DNA of 64,000 nt from NCBI RefSeq assembly GCF_011386835.1, contig NC_088794.1, positions 6,076,001-6,140,000 on the forward strand. The letters are read 5' to 3'. Below, one piece after another: positions 1 through 10,954 of the stretch. Each line of letters begins with the position of its first letter. Position 1 is the stretch's first letter. The position numbers and the translations under genes are program-made. The stretch is from Chrysemys picta bellii. Lineage: Eukaryota. The notes beneath the pieces are model-generated. The model was given only the letters and a program-made list of their open reading frames with translations. It did no database searches and was not told where the DNA came from.

Positions 1-1428
1 AGCCACACCAATACGATGACGACGGATACCAGTCATAATATACCATCGCCTGGCAAGGGGCTGGTGCAATGCAGCCCTACGGCTGCCAGCCCCATGGCTA
101 TCACTCATGCTACACCGTCTACCGCCAAAAGGCAGTTAGCAGCTGCTGCTGTGTAGCAATGCAGTCCCACGTCTGCCAGCACCCAGAGGACATATGGTGA
201 CGGTGAGCTCAGCTGAGCTGAGCGGGCTCCATGCTTGCCGTGATATGTTGTCTGCACAGGTAACCCAGGTAAAAAGGCGCGAATCTATTGTCTGCGTTGC
301 TGTGACGAGGGGGGAGGGGCCTGACGACATGTACCCAGAACCGCCCGCGACACTGTTTTGCATCATCCGGGCATTGGGATCTCAACCCAGAATTCAAAGA
401 AAAGGCGCGAACCGCTTCTCGGCTCTCTGAGCTGTGGCGCAAACGTAGTATCTGACGGACTAGGGGAAGGAGGGAGGGGGGCCGAGTGACGACATGGCGT
501 ACAGGCACAGGGAATTAAAATCAAGAACGGTGGCTGTGCATCAGGGAGAAACACAAACAACTGTCACACAGAATGTTCCCCCCAAAGATTAAACTGAAAA
601 CCCTGGGCTTAGCAGGCCGTTGATTTGACGGAGGGAGGGGGAAGCAAATGAATACAGAGCAAATCTATTTTTTACATCTTAAGACGACGGTGCAGCGTGA
701 CTGATAGCCCTCGGCATCTTTCTGGGTGCTTGGCAGCAAATACGGGGCGGCGTATGACGATGGTCTTCAGGCCTATTGCACAATCGGCTGCTCGGGGAAG
801 ACTCTGCTAATGTGCGATGACCCGACTTGTAATAGGACGGCTAATAGTCGTAATACACCATTTACTGCCAAAAGGCAAGCCCCACGGCTGCCAGCACCCA
901 GATCGCCGATGAAGGCTACCAGTCTACTGCACCGTCTACCGCCAAAAGGCAGTTAGCAGCTGCTGCTGTGCAGCAATGCAGTCCCACATCTGCCGACACC
1001 CAGAGGACATATGGTGACGGTGAGCTCAGCTGAGCGGGCTCCATGTTGTCTGCACAGGTAACTCAGGTAACCCAGGTAAAGAGGCGCGAATCTATTGTCT
1101 GCCGTTGCTGTGACGGGGGAGGGAGGGGCCTGACGACATGTACCCAGAACCGCCCGCGACACTGTTTTGCATCATCCGGGCATTGGGATCTCAACCCAGA
1201 ATTCAAAGGGGCGGCGGAGACTGCGGGAACTGTGGGATAGCTGTGGGATAGCTACCCATAGTGCAATGCTCTGGAAGTCGACGCTAGCCTTGTACTGTGG
1301 ACGCGGTCCGCCGACTAGAGCACCTAGAGCATTTTATTGTGTGGACACACACAATCGGCTGTATACAACCGATTTCAATAAAACCGGCTTCTATAAATTC
1401 GAACTAATTTCGTAGTGTAGACGTACCC
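1..1428. mobile_element. Harbinger/PIF-type non-autonomous DNA transposon, right part (left end lies outside the window)
   Basis: Ends in the Harbinger-type terminal sequence ...gtagtgtagacgtaccc followed by TGA (TNA-type target). CpG-rich interior with an internal ~285-bp direct repeat (113-398 / 930-1207). Confidence 0.7.
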
Positions 1429-1569
1429 TGAGTTAGGTCTGGCTTATATAGTCCCCAGACTCCTTCTACTCACAACAGCCACCAGAAGGAGTAGATCATT
1501 AGAGTCAGCTGCTTGGCTTCTATTTTTTTGTTTGTTTTGTTCCCCCATGTGGTTCATACTGGCACATGA

Positions 1570-1905
1570 GGGAGACTCAGATTCAAGACCCCGTTCCAAA
1601 TCAGGCACTTGGACCTGGGTCTCACGTCCCAGATCAGGCTTACAACCACTCGGCTATCGAGATAGACTTTCTCTCTCTCTGTCCCAATGAATCCTTTATT
1701 ATTCATACAAAGTGGAACAGCTCCAACAGGAGAGATTGAGAGACTGAGATGCGCCATAGAATAGAAAATAGGGCAGACATTAGGGCACTCACCTGTCATA
1801 TTGGCAATATAAATCTATTCCCTGCTCTTAATTAGGCAGAGAAGGGACTTGACTAGGGGTCTCCCACATCCCAGGTGAGTGCCCTGATAGCTGGGATTTG
1901 GCTAT
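1570..1905. repeat. Interspersed repeat built from inward-facing tRNA-like (Pol III A/B box) modules
   Basis: The minus strand of ~1606-1656 reads tagccgagtggtt...gagacccaggtccaag (A-box and B-box like). A second minus module lies at ~1850-1905, with degenerate plus modules at ~1570 and ~1775. The spacer gtggaacagct.caacaggaga is shared with 27545-27800. Confidence 0.45.
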
Positions 1906-2154
1906 TTTGGGGTCGCTCTCTCTATGGCTCTGGAGTTTAACCAGAAATTCCACCCTGAACCTGAGAAATGTTTAATCAAAACTGAGACATTCCAACTAAA
2001 ACATTTCGATTTGGCAAATCCATATTTTTGGGGGAAAATCCATTTTATTAAAAAGCTCCCAGCCTGTTTGAGTGCAGAGAATGGACAGGGCCCACTTTGT
2101 GAGCAGCTGTTCAGGATTTTGTTTTAGCCTCATCACTCAATGTGTGGGCCCAGG

Positions 2155-2519
2155 TGTGACAGGGGCGGGGCAAGAGCTGGTCACTCAGCCCCCTGTCACG
2201 CCAGCTCCCATTAAGGGAAGCAAATTGGAGCTGGCTAGAAAAACCTGCACCTAATTGGTGAATGGGAGACAGTTACCCACGCAATTAGCCTGGGGCTATA
2301 GAAAAGGCTGGGAGGAAGGAAGCCAAAAGTGGGGGAGGCTAAGGGAGGGGTAGTAGAGATAGTGGAGTGTTCCTAGGTGTAGTCATGAGAACCCAAGCTG
2401 TGTATGGCAAAAAGGTGATCGGAACAGAACCTGTAAGTAAATGACACCAGTGGTTACTGAACCTCAGGGTTTCTGAGTGACTCTGTCAGCCCAGCAGGTG
2501 CCAAGAGGGATCTGCTATA
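2155..2519 (+). mobile_element. Solo LTR (LTR retrotransposon/ERV)
   Basis: Starts TGTGAC and ends ...gctata (CA end mutated). Flanked by a perfect 5-bp target-site duplication CCAGG (2150-2154 / 2520-2524). Confidence 0.75.
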
Positions 2520-2774
2520 CCAGGTCTTATTTAAACTATTCTAACCCTGCTCTGAAGACAGAATTTATAATCTACCACCTCCGCCCTTCCAATGCTACCC
2601 ATTGGTTACATTTTTCAAACAAACACGGGCATGACTGGGGCTGCCGCAGTGCAAATAATTATTGTTATTTCCCCCTTATGATTAGAGATCAGCCACACCA
2701 GAACCCACCGGATCCCAGTGTCCGTCTTCCCCCCTCCTGCACTCACACGCATACACAACACTGGATAATGGTCA

Positions 2775-3050
2775 GACTGGCACTAGGGGCACAATTCTGA
2801 GATCGGCCATTAATTCCTGGCTCTGCTACAGGCTTCCTGTGTGATTCTGGACAAAGCAAAGATTTCCTCTTTGCCTCAATTCCCTCTTTGTAAAAATTGG
2901 GTAATAATCCTTCCTTTCGCCCACCCTCTTCGGTCTTGTTTAATAGACTGTAAGCTCTTGAGGGGGGGAACTCTCCCTTACTATGTGTTTCCAGAGAACC
3001 TAGTACAGTGGGGCATTGACCTCTAATTGATAACACAACAACAATAAATT
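2775..3050 (+). mobile_element. CORE-SINE (MIR-like) with L2-type 3' tail
   Basis: Degenerate CORE (ttcctgtgtgattctggacaa...gcctcaattccctctttgtaaaa) followed by the L2-like tail tagactgtaagctcttgaggg. Confidence 0.6.
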
Positions 3051-3356
3051 ACAGCCCTGACTTATCTCTATAATTGGCTGTAGCCAAAGCCCAGAATCTG
3101 AAAATCCTCAAAGGTTGCAGAAGTCGGATCTGAATCTGATTCCAGATCTGAAGTGTGTAAGTCAGATTCATCTCTATGTATAATACCGGATTCTTACCTA
3201 ATATCCATCTGGACCTTTCAGGGTCTTCCATGAACCATATCCATTGCCCCTGTAATTTATCCTGAGACAGAAAAATGAACAATGTCTGTCTCAAGTTGCA
3301 AAAATGTTGCAAAAACAGCACATTTCCAAGTAAATGGAGAAAATGGAAAGTTATGT

Positions 3357-4099
3357 CCAGGAATCAGAACTGAAGGAAAATAGCTATCCCACCTCCACTG
3401 AAGGAAAGAAGTATTGTATCATAGCTACTGGTGGAAGAGAGAGTTCAATCACTCTTCATCCCTAAGGGATCATGTTAGGGCACCAAATACCTTTATATAT
3501 ATATTCATTTCTGTGTCATTTAGAGATCAAGTCTCTGAAGTCACACCTCCAATTACAGTCTCAAGCCAGGCACAGAGGGGCTCATTACAATGCCCTCCTT
3601 GGTGCCCTAACATGCTACGTAGATTTGTTTATTTGCCTTTGCTTAGTTTTACGGAAAGCTCTCGCTGTTTTGCTAAGCCACAGGAAGAACTCTCAAGAGC
3701 AGTGTAACTGAAAATGAATGGCTCAGTCTTTCTTTCCGTAGGGAGCACTCAGTGAATTCAGTGTCAAAGTTAGGCTTAAAAGAAATCCAGACATGTTAAA
3801 CTATGGAAAAAGCGCAGTTACAGCAAACAAACAACTGTAACTTTGTTCTGTGTAGATGCCAAGCAATCACCCTACCCTTACAATTAGTGCCTAATAATGC
3901 CTTACAATTTACTGCCCCTGATTGGGTCAAACTGATTTTTCATACAGTTTAAGGCCAGAAGAGGTCAATGTGATCATCTAATCTGACCTCCTGCATAACA
4001 AAACCTTGCCCAATAATTTATGTATCAAGCCCATAATTATTATTTTTTTTAGCTCTCACACATCTTTTAGCTAGATATCCAGTTGGAAAGACTTCAAGT
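3357..4099 (+). repeat. Left arm of a ~740-bp inverted duplication
   Basis: Reverse complement of 5134-5866 at roughly 95% identity (by eye). Confidence 0.9.
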
Positions 4100-4112
4100 G
4101 ACAGACAATCCA
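3940..4112 (-). mobile_element. Old CR1 LINE 3'-end fragment
   Basis: catacagtttaaggccagaag...gatcatctaatctgacctcctg and gacttcaagtga...atccacca match the antisense CR1 3' end pattern. Confidence 0.55.
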
Positions 4113-4114
4113 CC

Positions 4115-4633
4115 ATTAGCAGGAGTGTTGTAAGCAAGACAGGAGAAGTAATTCTTCCACTCTACACAGCTGCAATAAGGCCTCAACTGCAGTATTGTGT
4201 CCAGTTCTGGGTGCCACATTTCAGGAAACATGGGAACAAATTGGAGAGAGTCCAGAGAAGAGCAACAAAAATGATTAAAGGTCTAGAAAACATGACCTAT
4301 GAGGGAAGATTGAAAGAATTAGGTTTGTTTAGTGTGGAAAAGAAAAGACTGAGAGGAGACATAACAGTTTTCAAATACCTAACAGGTTGTTACAAGGAGG
4401 AGGGAGAAAAATTATTCTCCTTAACCTCTGATGATAGGACAAGAAGCAATGGGCTTAAATTGCAGCAAGGGAGGTTTAGGTTGGACATTAGGAAAAAATC
4501 CTAATCGTCAGGGTGGTTAGGCACTGGAATAAATTGCCTGGGGAGGTTGTGGAATCTCCATCATTGGAGATTGTTCAGAGCAGGTTAGAGAAACACCTGT
4601 CAGGGATGTTCTTGATGGTGCTTGGTCCTGCCA
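4115..4633 (+). mobile_element. CR1 LINE 3' fragment (ORF2 C-terminus and 3' UTR), cut by the gap
   Basis: ORF 4211-4504 ([16 protein letters not shown]...[17 protein letters not shown]) is the CR1 ORF2 C-terminal region. Confidence 0.9.
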
Positions 4634-5133
4634 NNNNNNNNNNNNNNNNNNNNNNNNNNNNNNNNNNNNNNNNNNNNNNNNNNNNNNNNNNNNNNNNNNN
4701 NNNNNNNNNNNNNNNNNNNNNNNNNNNNNNNNNNNNNNNNNNNNNNNNNNNNNNNNNNNNNNNNNNNNNNNNNNNNNNNNNNNNNNNNNNNNNNNNNNNN
4801 NNNNNNNNNNNNNNNNNNNNNNNNNNNNNNNNNNNNNNNNNNNNNNNNNNNNNNNNNNNNNNNNNNNNNNNNNNNNNNNNNNNNNNNNNNNNNNNNNNNN
4901 NNNNNNNNNNNNNNNNNNNNNNNNNNNNNNNNNNNNNNNNNNNNNNNNNNNNNNNNNNNNNNNNNNNNNNNNNNNNNNNNNNNNNNNNNNNNNNNNNNNN
5001 NNNNNNNNNNNNNNNNNNNNNNNNNNNNNNNNNNNNNNNNNNNNNNNNNNNNNNNNNNNNNNNNNNNNNNNNNNNNNNNNNNNNNNNNNNNNNNNNNNNN
5101 NNNNNNNNNNNNNNNNNNNNNNNNNNNNNNNNN
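4634..5133. other. Assembly gap, exactly 500 N
   Basis: Run of 500 N; the round size suggests an arbitrary scaffolding gap. Confidence 1.
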
Positions 5134-5866
5134 ACTTGAAGTCTTTCCAACTGGATATCTAGCTAAAAGATGTGTGAGAGCTAAAAAAAAATAATAATTA
5201 TGGGCTTGATACATAAATTATTGGGCAAGGTTTTGTTATGCAGGAGGTCAGATTAGATGATCACATTGACCTCTTCTGGCCTTAAACTGTATGAAAAATC
5301 AGTTTGACCCAATCAGGGGCGGTAAATTGTAAGGCACTATTAGGCATTAATTGTAAGGGTAGGGTGATTTCTTGGCATCTACACAGAACAAAGTTACAGT
5401 TGTTGTTTGCTGTAACTGCGCTTTTTCCATAGTTTAACATGTCTGGATTTCTTTTAAGCCTAACGTTGACGCTGAATTCACTGAGTGCTCCCTACGGAAA
5501 GAAAGTCCATTCCTTTGCAGTTACACTGCTCTTGAGACTTCTTCCTGTGGCTTCGCAAAACAGCGAGAGCTTTCCGTAAAACTAAGCAAAGGCAAATAAA
5601 CAAATCTACGTAGCATGTTAGGGCACCAAGGAGGGCATTGTAATGAGCCCCTCTGTGCCTGGCTTGAGACTGTAATTGGAGGTGTGACTTCAGAGACTTG
5701 ATCTCTAAATGACACTGAAATGAGTATATAAAGGTATTTGGTGCCCTAACATGATCCGTTAGGGATAAAGAGTGATTGAACTCTCTCTTCCACCAGTAGC
5801 TATGATACAATACTTCTTTCCTTCAGTGGAGGTGGGATAGCTATTTTCCTTCAGTTCAGTTCCTGC
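5134..5866 (-). repeat. Right arm of the inverted duplication
   Basis: Starts immediately after the gap with acttgaagtctttccaac, the reverse complement of the sequence ending at 4099. Confidence 0.9.
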
Positions 5867-7520
5867 AGTTAGAAGGCCTCTCTGTAACCCCTAGAGCTGG
5901 GGAAAAGGGGAGCTCAGTCTCTGTGGCCTGGTCAGCCCCCAGCCTCCCCTCTGACGTTTGTGAGCGAGGGGACCAGTTCATATCAACTGTGGTGAATTTT
6001 GGGAGGTGGACACATTTGCCCTACACACTGGGCTGAGAACCCACCAACTCATTAAACACAAGGTAACAGATTTGGGGGCCTAGAGGGGAAAGATCCTGCA
6101 TGCCATTCCCACACCTCCTCCCACCCCTGCCCCTGGACAGCTAGCCCCCTGGCCTGGGGTCAGATTGGAACCAGCTTTCCCCAGAAGGGGAAGGTTCCCC
6201 ATAGCCTATTCCCAGTATCCCCTTGGCAGAAGCCAGAACCTCCCCATCTCCTGCTTGTAGAAACCCCACTCTGACATGCCCTCCTCACATAGGGTTGCCC
6301 GCAATCCCTTATTCAAAGGACATCCCTTATTTTTTCATCTCCTTACAACAAGATCAGGTGTTGCTGAGCATTGCAAAAAGCAACAAGAAATACCCCTGCT
6401 GAAGGTAGGTGAGTCCTGCTTATTATTGGTAGTATTATTAAACTACAACTGATTATAATACTGGGAGAAGGGGTGGGGCAGGGTGCTATGAAAACAGTCC
6501 CTTATATTTGAAATACAATGTTGGCCTATCCTGACACCGCCCTCCTGCCAGCTCTTGCTAGGACTATCAAAAGCAAGAGAGTTGTAGTCCAAAAGCCAGG
6601 CTGTCCAAGGAAACATGTCTTAGGGTGGGGGTGGGGCAGGAACAGAGTTGAATTTTAGCTCTAATACAGAGAGAGTGCTTGATGACTGTGAGAAATCAGC
6701 TGGTGAGAGTTAACACAGAAACATTGAGAGAACAGGAGATGTGAACCACAGAAGTGTGAGTGTGTGTGTGGGGGGGAGGGGGTTAATATCCTGAAGTAGG
6801 AAGTTCCACAGATTAATTATGTACTCAGGAAAAGAGAAACTTACTCTTTCATATCAACTGCATTCAGCTTCTCCTCCCATCCCCCAAGGGAATGTCTAGG
6901 TGAGGTCCTGTGGTCACAACCCCAGTAGATGATCCTCAATCACATGCACACCCTTGTGGGGACAGGGATTTAGGACATTGTACTCTCTAATACCTTCCTT
7001 TTAAAGGGTGGGTGTTTACTGGAGTGCCCTTAATATAGGAGAGCCTCTGAGGCGGAGCTAAGCCCTCTAGCCCCACCCACAAATAGCCTGACTCTGCCTC
7101 TCTGTATAAAAGACCATGCTCAGGCAGTAGTGGTTTCCTTTAGAGCAAGGGGTGGAGTTTATAAGGAAGGACTGTGTTTATAGGCAGTCTTAAGGAGGAG
7201 TGTTGGGTAACTTAAGATAATCCTATATCTATGGGCTTTTGTAGGGAAGGGCTGAGAGTTAGGGCTTCTGTGTTCTGTTCCCAGTTTTGGCTGGGGAGTA
7301 GGGTCTGGCTGGGGCAGCGATGTCTGGGAACTAGAATTCCTGGTTTCTGTTTTCTATGAAGAGAGCTTTAAGAAAGGACATTGTCACTCCTAGCAGGGAG
7401 ATTCAGGCACAGAATGGGTATGAAGCCTGTTTTCACTAATCCCCTAGACCCTCTCAGACCTGGGTATAGAACCCAGGAACCCTGGCTTCCAGTACCCTCT
7501 TTCTCTGTCCCATAGACCCT

Positions 7521-7610
7521 TTCCCAGGTCTGAAGAAGGGCTCTGTAGAGCTGGAAAGCTTATCTCACCAACCAAAGCTGGTCTAATAAAAACTCATTTA
7601 TCTTGTCTAT
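7521..7610 (+). mobile_element. Short Penelope-like element (pLTR) insertion
   Basis: ctgaagaagggctctgtagagctggaaagcttatctcaccaac...ggtctaataaaa is a PLE pLTR pattern. 11-bp TSD ccatagaccct at 7510-7520 / 7611-7621. Confidence 0.7.
7526..7565 (+). ncRNA. Minimal type-I hammerhead ribozyme motif (near-intact)
   Basis: aggt-CTGAAGA-a-gGGCTC-tgta-GAGCTg-GAAA-gct-t-atct: the core, stem I (aggt/atct) and palindromic stem III (AGCT) are present. The closing pair of stem II is a G-G mismatch. Confidence 0.5.
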
Positions 7611-7620
7611 CCATAGACCC

Positions 7621-8482
7621 TATGATAGCAATTTCACACAATATCCTGCACAAACCTTACTGAATTATGTGAAAATTTATTGAATTAAATGTATGTATCA
7701 TTGTGTGCTAGGGATTGTATTTAATTCCATGGGACATGAGGACTGTTGCCCTCCAAAAATTAAGAACAGGTTGAAGAGGCAAATTCACTCAAGTTGTAAC
7801 ACCTCCAGAGAGCTACCACCACCACCTGGAGAGAGGCTTATGTATACTCGTTCAAACTGGATTCTTCAAGGCCCAGTGGACAAAGAAGGGACATTGAGTT
7901 AAATAGCCTTAGTTAAAACTGATTCAGAGCCTTATTTCTAGTGCTCCAAACAGACAGGACCTTGTCTCCAAGGGCTGCTTCAATCCTTCCTGGGAAGGTT
8001 TGGAAGGACCTGTCCCAGTCTGTTAGTTTGTTCTGAGCAAAAGGTGTTGTGAGCTTGTAACCACAGAAAAAACACTTGGTGAAAAGTTTTGAAGGACAGT
8101 TCAGCATCCAGAGCCCTTGTTGGAGCTGGGGTGATCTTTGGTGAGGTTATTAGCATGCATGTAGGTTCTTTTATTGCTTTTAATGTTTTCTCTATAATGC
8201 TTTCCCTGTGAGAATGAATTTTCTTGCTTAGACAGAATGGTGTGATAACTTATAACTGTGGCAATTACACTGTTTTCTATCTCTAAGAAGAAAAATAAAG
8301 CAGGTTGGCTTAGGCAGTCTGGCTTGCTGGGGAATTCACAGTGTAGGTAAGGAACTGTGGAGCCTCAGAAAACCCCAGTCAAGAGGGAGAGAGATGTGCA
8401 TCTCCACCCAAGAGAGGCGTCCAGCTGCAGAACTGGAAACCTAAAAGCAGGTGTCCTTGCTGGACCATACAGAGGGGTTACA
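7621..8482 (+). mobile_element. LTR-like element (solo LTR)
   Basis: Ends ...ggggttaca, AATAAA near 8293, and its 3' half resembles 35860-36140. No matching TSD found. Confidence 0.55.
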
Positions 8483-8854
8483 AGTTCAATGGCCCTAAAT
8501 GAGACAGACTCCACTCCCCTTGTAATTTCTCTGGAGTTTACTCTTAGGGACTTGCCTTAATCACCACCCCCCCACTTAGGTTTTAGTTCCCATAGGAGTT
8601 GTGGGAACCCTCCCCCCTGGAGTAGAAAACAGTAATACATAAACCATTCATATAATGAAATTTAATATAATGGTCCCAAAGATACTGCCCAGGGTTGCAA
8701 TATCTGTCACACCAGATCTCCTGAGTGTCTTATCTGTTGAACCATGCCACCTCTCTAAAACATTATTTTTAAAACTTGAACACATTAGAGTTTTGATTTT
8801 CATGATAAAATTACATAGAGTGGAAGGGAATGCAAAACATGATCAAATTATTCA

Positions 8855-9799
8855 TCAAAGCTGCTGAGAGAACTTTCTTCTCTCTAACATTCTCCCCAGG
8901 GCGTCCTTCACCTCCTTGTTCCTCAGGCTGTAGATGAGGGGGTTCAGCATGGGGATCACCATCGTGTAGAACACAGAGATCACCTGGTCCTGCTCCAGTG
9001 AGGAGGTGGAACTGGGTCGTAAGTAGGTAAAGAACGTCGTCCCATAGAATATAGCCACAGCTGTCAGGTGGGAGGAACAGGTGGAGAAGGCTTTGCGCCT
9101 GCCCTCAGAGGAGCGGATCCTGAGTATGGCAGCGGTAATATACAGATAAGAGAAGAGGATGATCAGTATGGTAGTCAATTGTATGGAACCAGCAAAGATA
9201 GAAAGCAGCATTTCATTGGTGTGAGTGTCGGTGCAGGAGAGCCGCATGAGCGGAAGGACATCACAAAAGTAGTGATCGATTACATTGGGCCCACAGAAGG
9301 ACAGCTGAAAGGTGCAGCTGGTAAACATGGTTGCATTTGCAACCCCAGCCATGTAGGAGCTAGCCAAGAGCCAGATGCAGGACCTCTTGGATATGATGAG
9401 CCTATAGAGGAGTGGATTACAGATGGCCACATAACGGTCATAGGCCATCACCGCAAGGAGGAAAGACTCAGAGGTGACAAAGACAAAAAAAAAATACAGC
9501 TGTGTAGCACATCCAGCGTAAGAAATGGCCTTACTCTCCCTTGAGAAGTTCACCAGCACCCTGGGGGTGATGGATGAGGAATAGCCAAGGTCAACAAGTG
9601 ACAAGTTGCTGAGCCAGAGATACATGGGGGTGTGAAATCGGGAGTCCCTCCAGATTAGGCCAATCATCCCCAAATTCCCCAGCAAGGTGAGAACATAGAT
9701 CACCAGAAATAGGAGGAAGAGAACAACCTGCCGTTCTGGATGGTCAGTGAATCCTGCAAGGATGAATTCAGTCACGGTGGTGTCATTTCCCTGGGTCAT
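8855..9799 (-). CDS. Olfactory receptor, class II, OR5-family-like, 314 aa, intact
   Basis: Motifs GN (TM1), [35 protein letters not shown] and [15 protein letters not shown], plus an N-terminal sequon NDT. Start placed at MTQGNDT (9799) because a polypyrimidine/CAG acceptor lies at 9844-9866 on the minus strand. Confidence 0.95.
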   Translation of the reverse strand: MTQGNDTTVTEFILAGFTDHPERQVVLFLLFLVIYVLTLLGNLGMIGLIWRDSRFHTPMYLWLSNLSLVDLGYSSSITPRVLVNFSRESKAISYAGCATQLYFFFVFVTSESFLLAVMAYDRYVAICNPLLYRLIISKRSCIWLLASSYMAGVANATMFTSCTFQLSFCGPNVIDHYFCDVLPLMRLSCTDTHTNEMLLSIFAGSIQLTTILIILFSYLYITAAILRIRSSEGRRKAFSTCSSHLTAVAIFYGTTFFTYLRPSSTSSLEQDQVISVFYTMVIPMLNPLIYSLRNKEVKDALGRMLERRKFSQQL

Positions 9800-10253
9800 T
9801 GCTTCACACAGGCTTTGAGGACAGACATGCACAGGGGGAATTTCTGTATAAATAAAAAAGTGTGAGGCCCCAGAATTCTGCATGACCAATGACAGCATTT
9901 TTGTCCATTTGAGACCCTTGTTCACTGAAAGTAAGAATATTTTTACCCATGTGTGCGTATCTCATTCTTTCTCTTTCAATGTGGACAATCTGTAAAGAGC
10001 AACTATTGGCAAAAAACTGTAGCATAGTGCTGACTTGATTGCCAGAGGGTGACGTTCACTGTTGGCTCAGTTGAAAAACCTTTCCCCCCACAGCAGAAAT
10101 CAAGGGAGTTTACATTAGAGGTGGGTGATTTTTTTTTTTTTTTGGTTTGGTTTGGTGGCTGACCTGAAAAATCCCAAAATAACAGCAACTTGTTCCCTCC
10201 TCCCCCCCAAAAAAATCATTTACTTGTCAGGTTTTTACCCTTTGCTCCCTTGG

Positions 10254-10557
10254 AATCTGTGGAACTCCTTGCTTGAGGAGGTTGTGAAGGCTAGGACTGT
10301 AACAGGGTTTAAAAGAGAACTAGATAAATTCATGGAGGTTATGTCCATTAATGGCTATTAGCCAGGATGGGTAAGGAATGGTGTCCCTAGCCTCTGTTTG
10401 TCAGAGGGTGGAGATGGATAGCAGGAGAGAGATCACTTGATCATTACCTGTTAGGTTCACTTCCTCTGGGGCACCTGGCATTGGCCACTGTCAACAGACA
10501 GGGTACTGGGCTGGATGGACATTTAGTCTGACCCAGTATGGCCATTCTTATGTTCTT
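10254..10557 (+). mobile_element. CR1 LINE 3' end (5'-truncated)
   Basis: Near-identical to the 3' UTR at 24820-25119; ends with the ttcttatgttctt tail. Confidence 0.9.
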
Positions 10558-10954
10558 TTTTTTAAAAGTTACATCTAACACTTTTTTTTAAAATAAAACG
10601 GCATTTCCAAACAAAACCTTGAAACACATTGTTTCAAAAATGTCAAAATGAAATATTTCACCTTTTTATTTTTTTCCTCCCTGAAACTATTTGCTGAATT
10701 TGACACAAGTCTGCCAGCAGCTTCGGGTGATGCAAAACTGCATTTTTGGGTGAATAAATTATTCAGAACAATGGGAAAGGTACACAGTTTGCCTGATCAC
10801 CAGGTAAGGGTGACCAGATGTAGGCGAGGTTGTTAATTTGTCTTGCTAAGGTCAGATGCTCTGACCCTAGAGTAAGCAGGGGATTAGAATCTACTCAGGT
10901 ATTTTAATCACAAAAGAGATTAAAGACCAACTTATTTTAAACGTTAAATTCTCC

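Noticed and set aside
4513-5214. 190-208 aa ORFs spanning this region
   Set aside because: Artefacts of translating through the 500-N gap.
5883-6290. Possible LTR (tgtaac...ctcaca)
   Set aside because: No TSD, polyA signal or second copy to support the boundaries.
9068-9544. 158-aa antisense ORF over the OR, and similar antisense/alternative-frame ORFs over the other ORs and CR1s
   Set aside because: Shadow ORFs caused by codon bias on the coding strand; no recognisable motifs.
9800-9925. 42-aa N-terminal extension of the 356-aa ORF
   Set aside because: A polypyrimidine tract and CAG acceptor (9844-9866, minus strand) lie inside it, and MTQGNDT gives a typical OR length and sequon position. 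The extension is most likely intronic.
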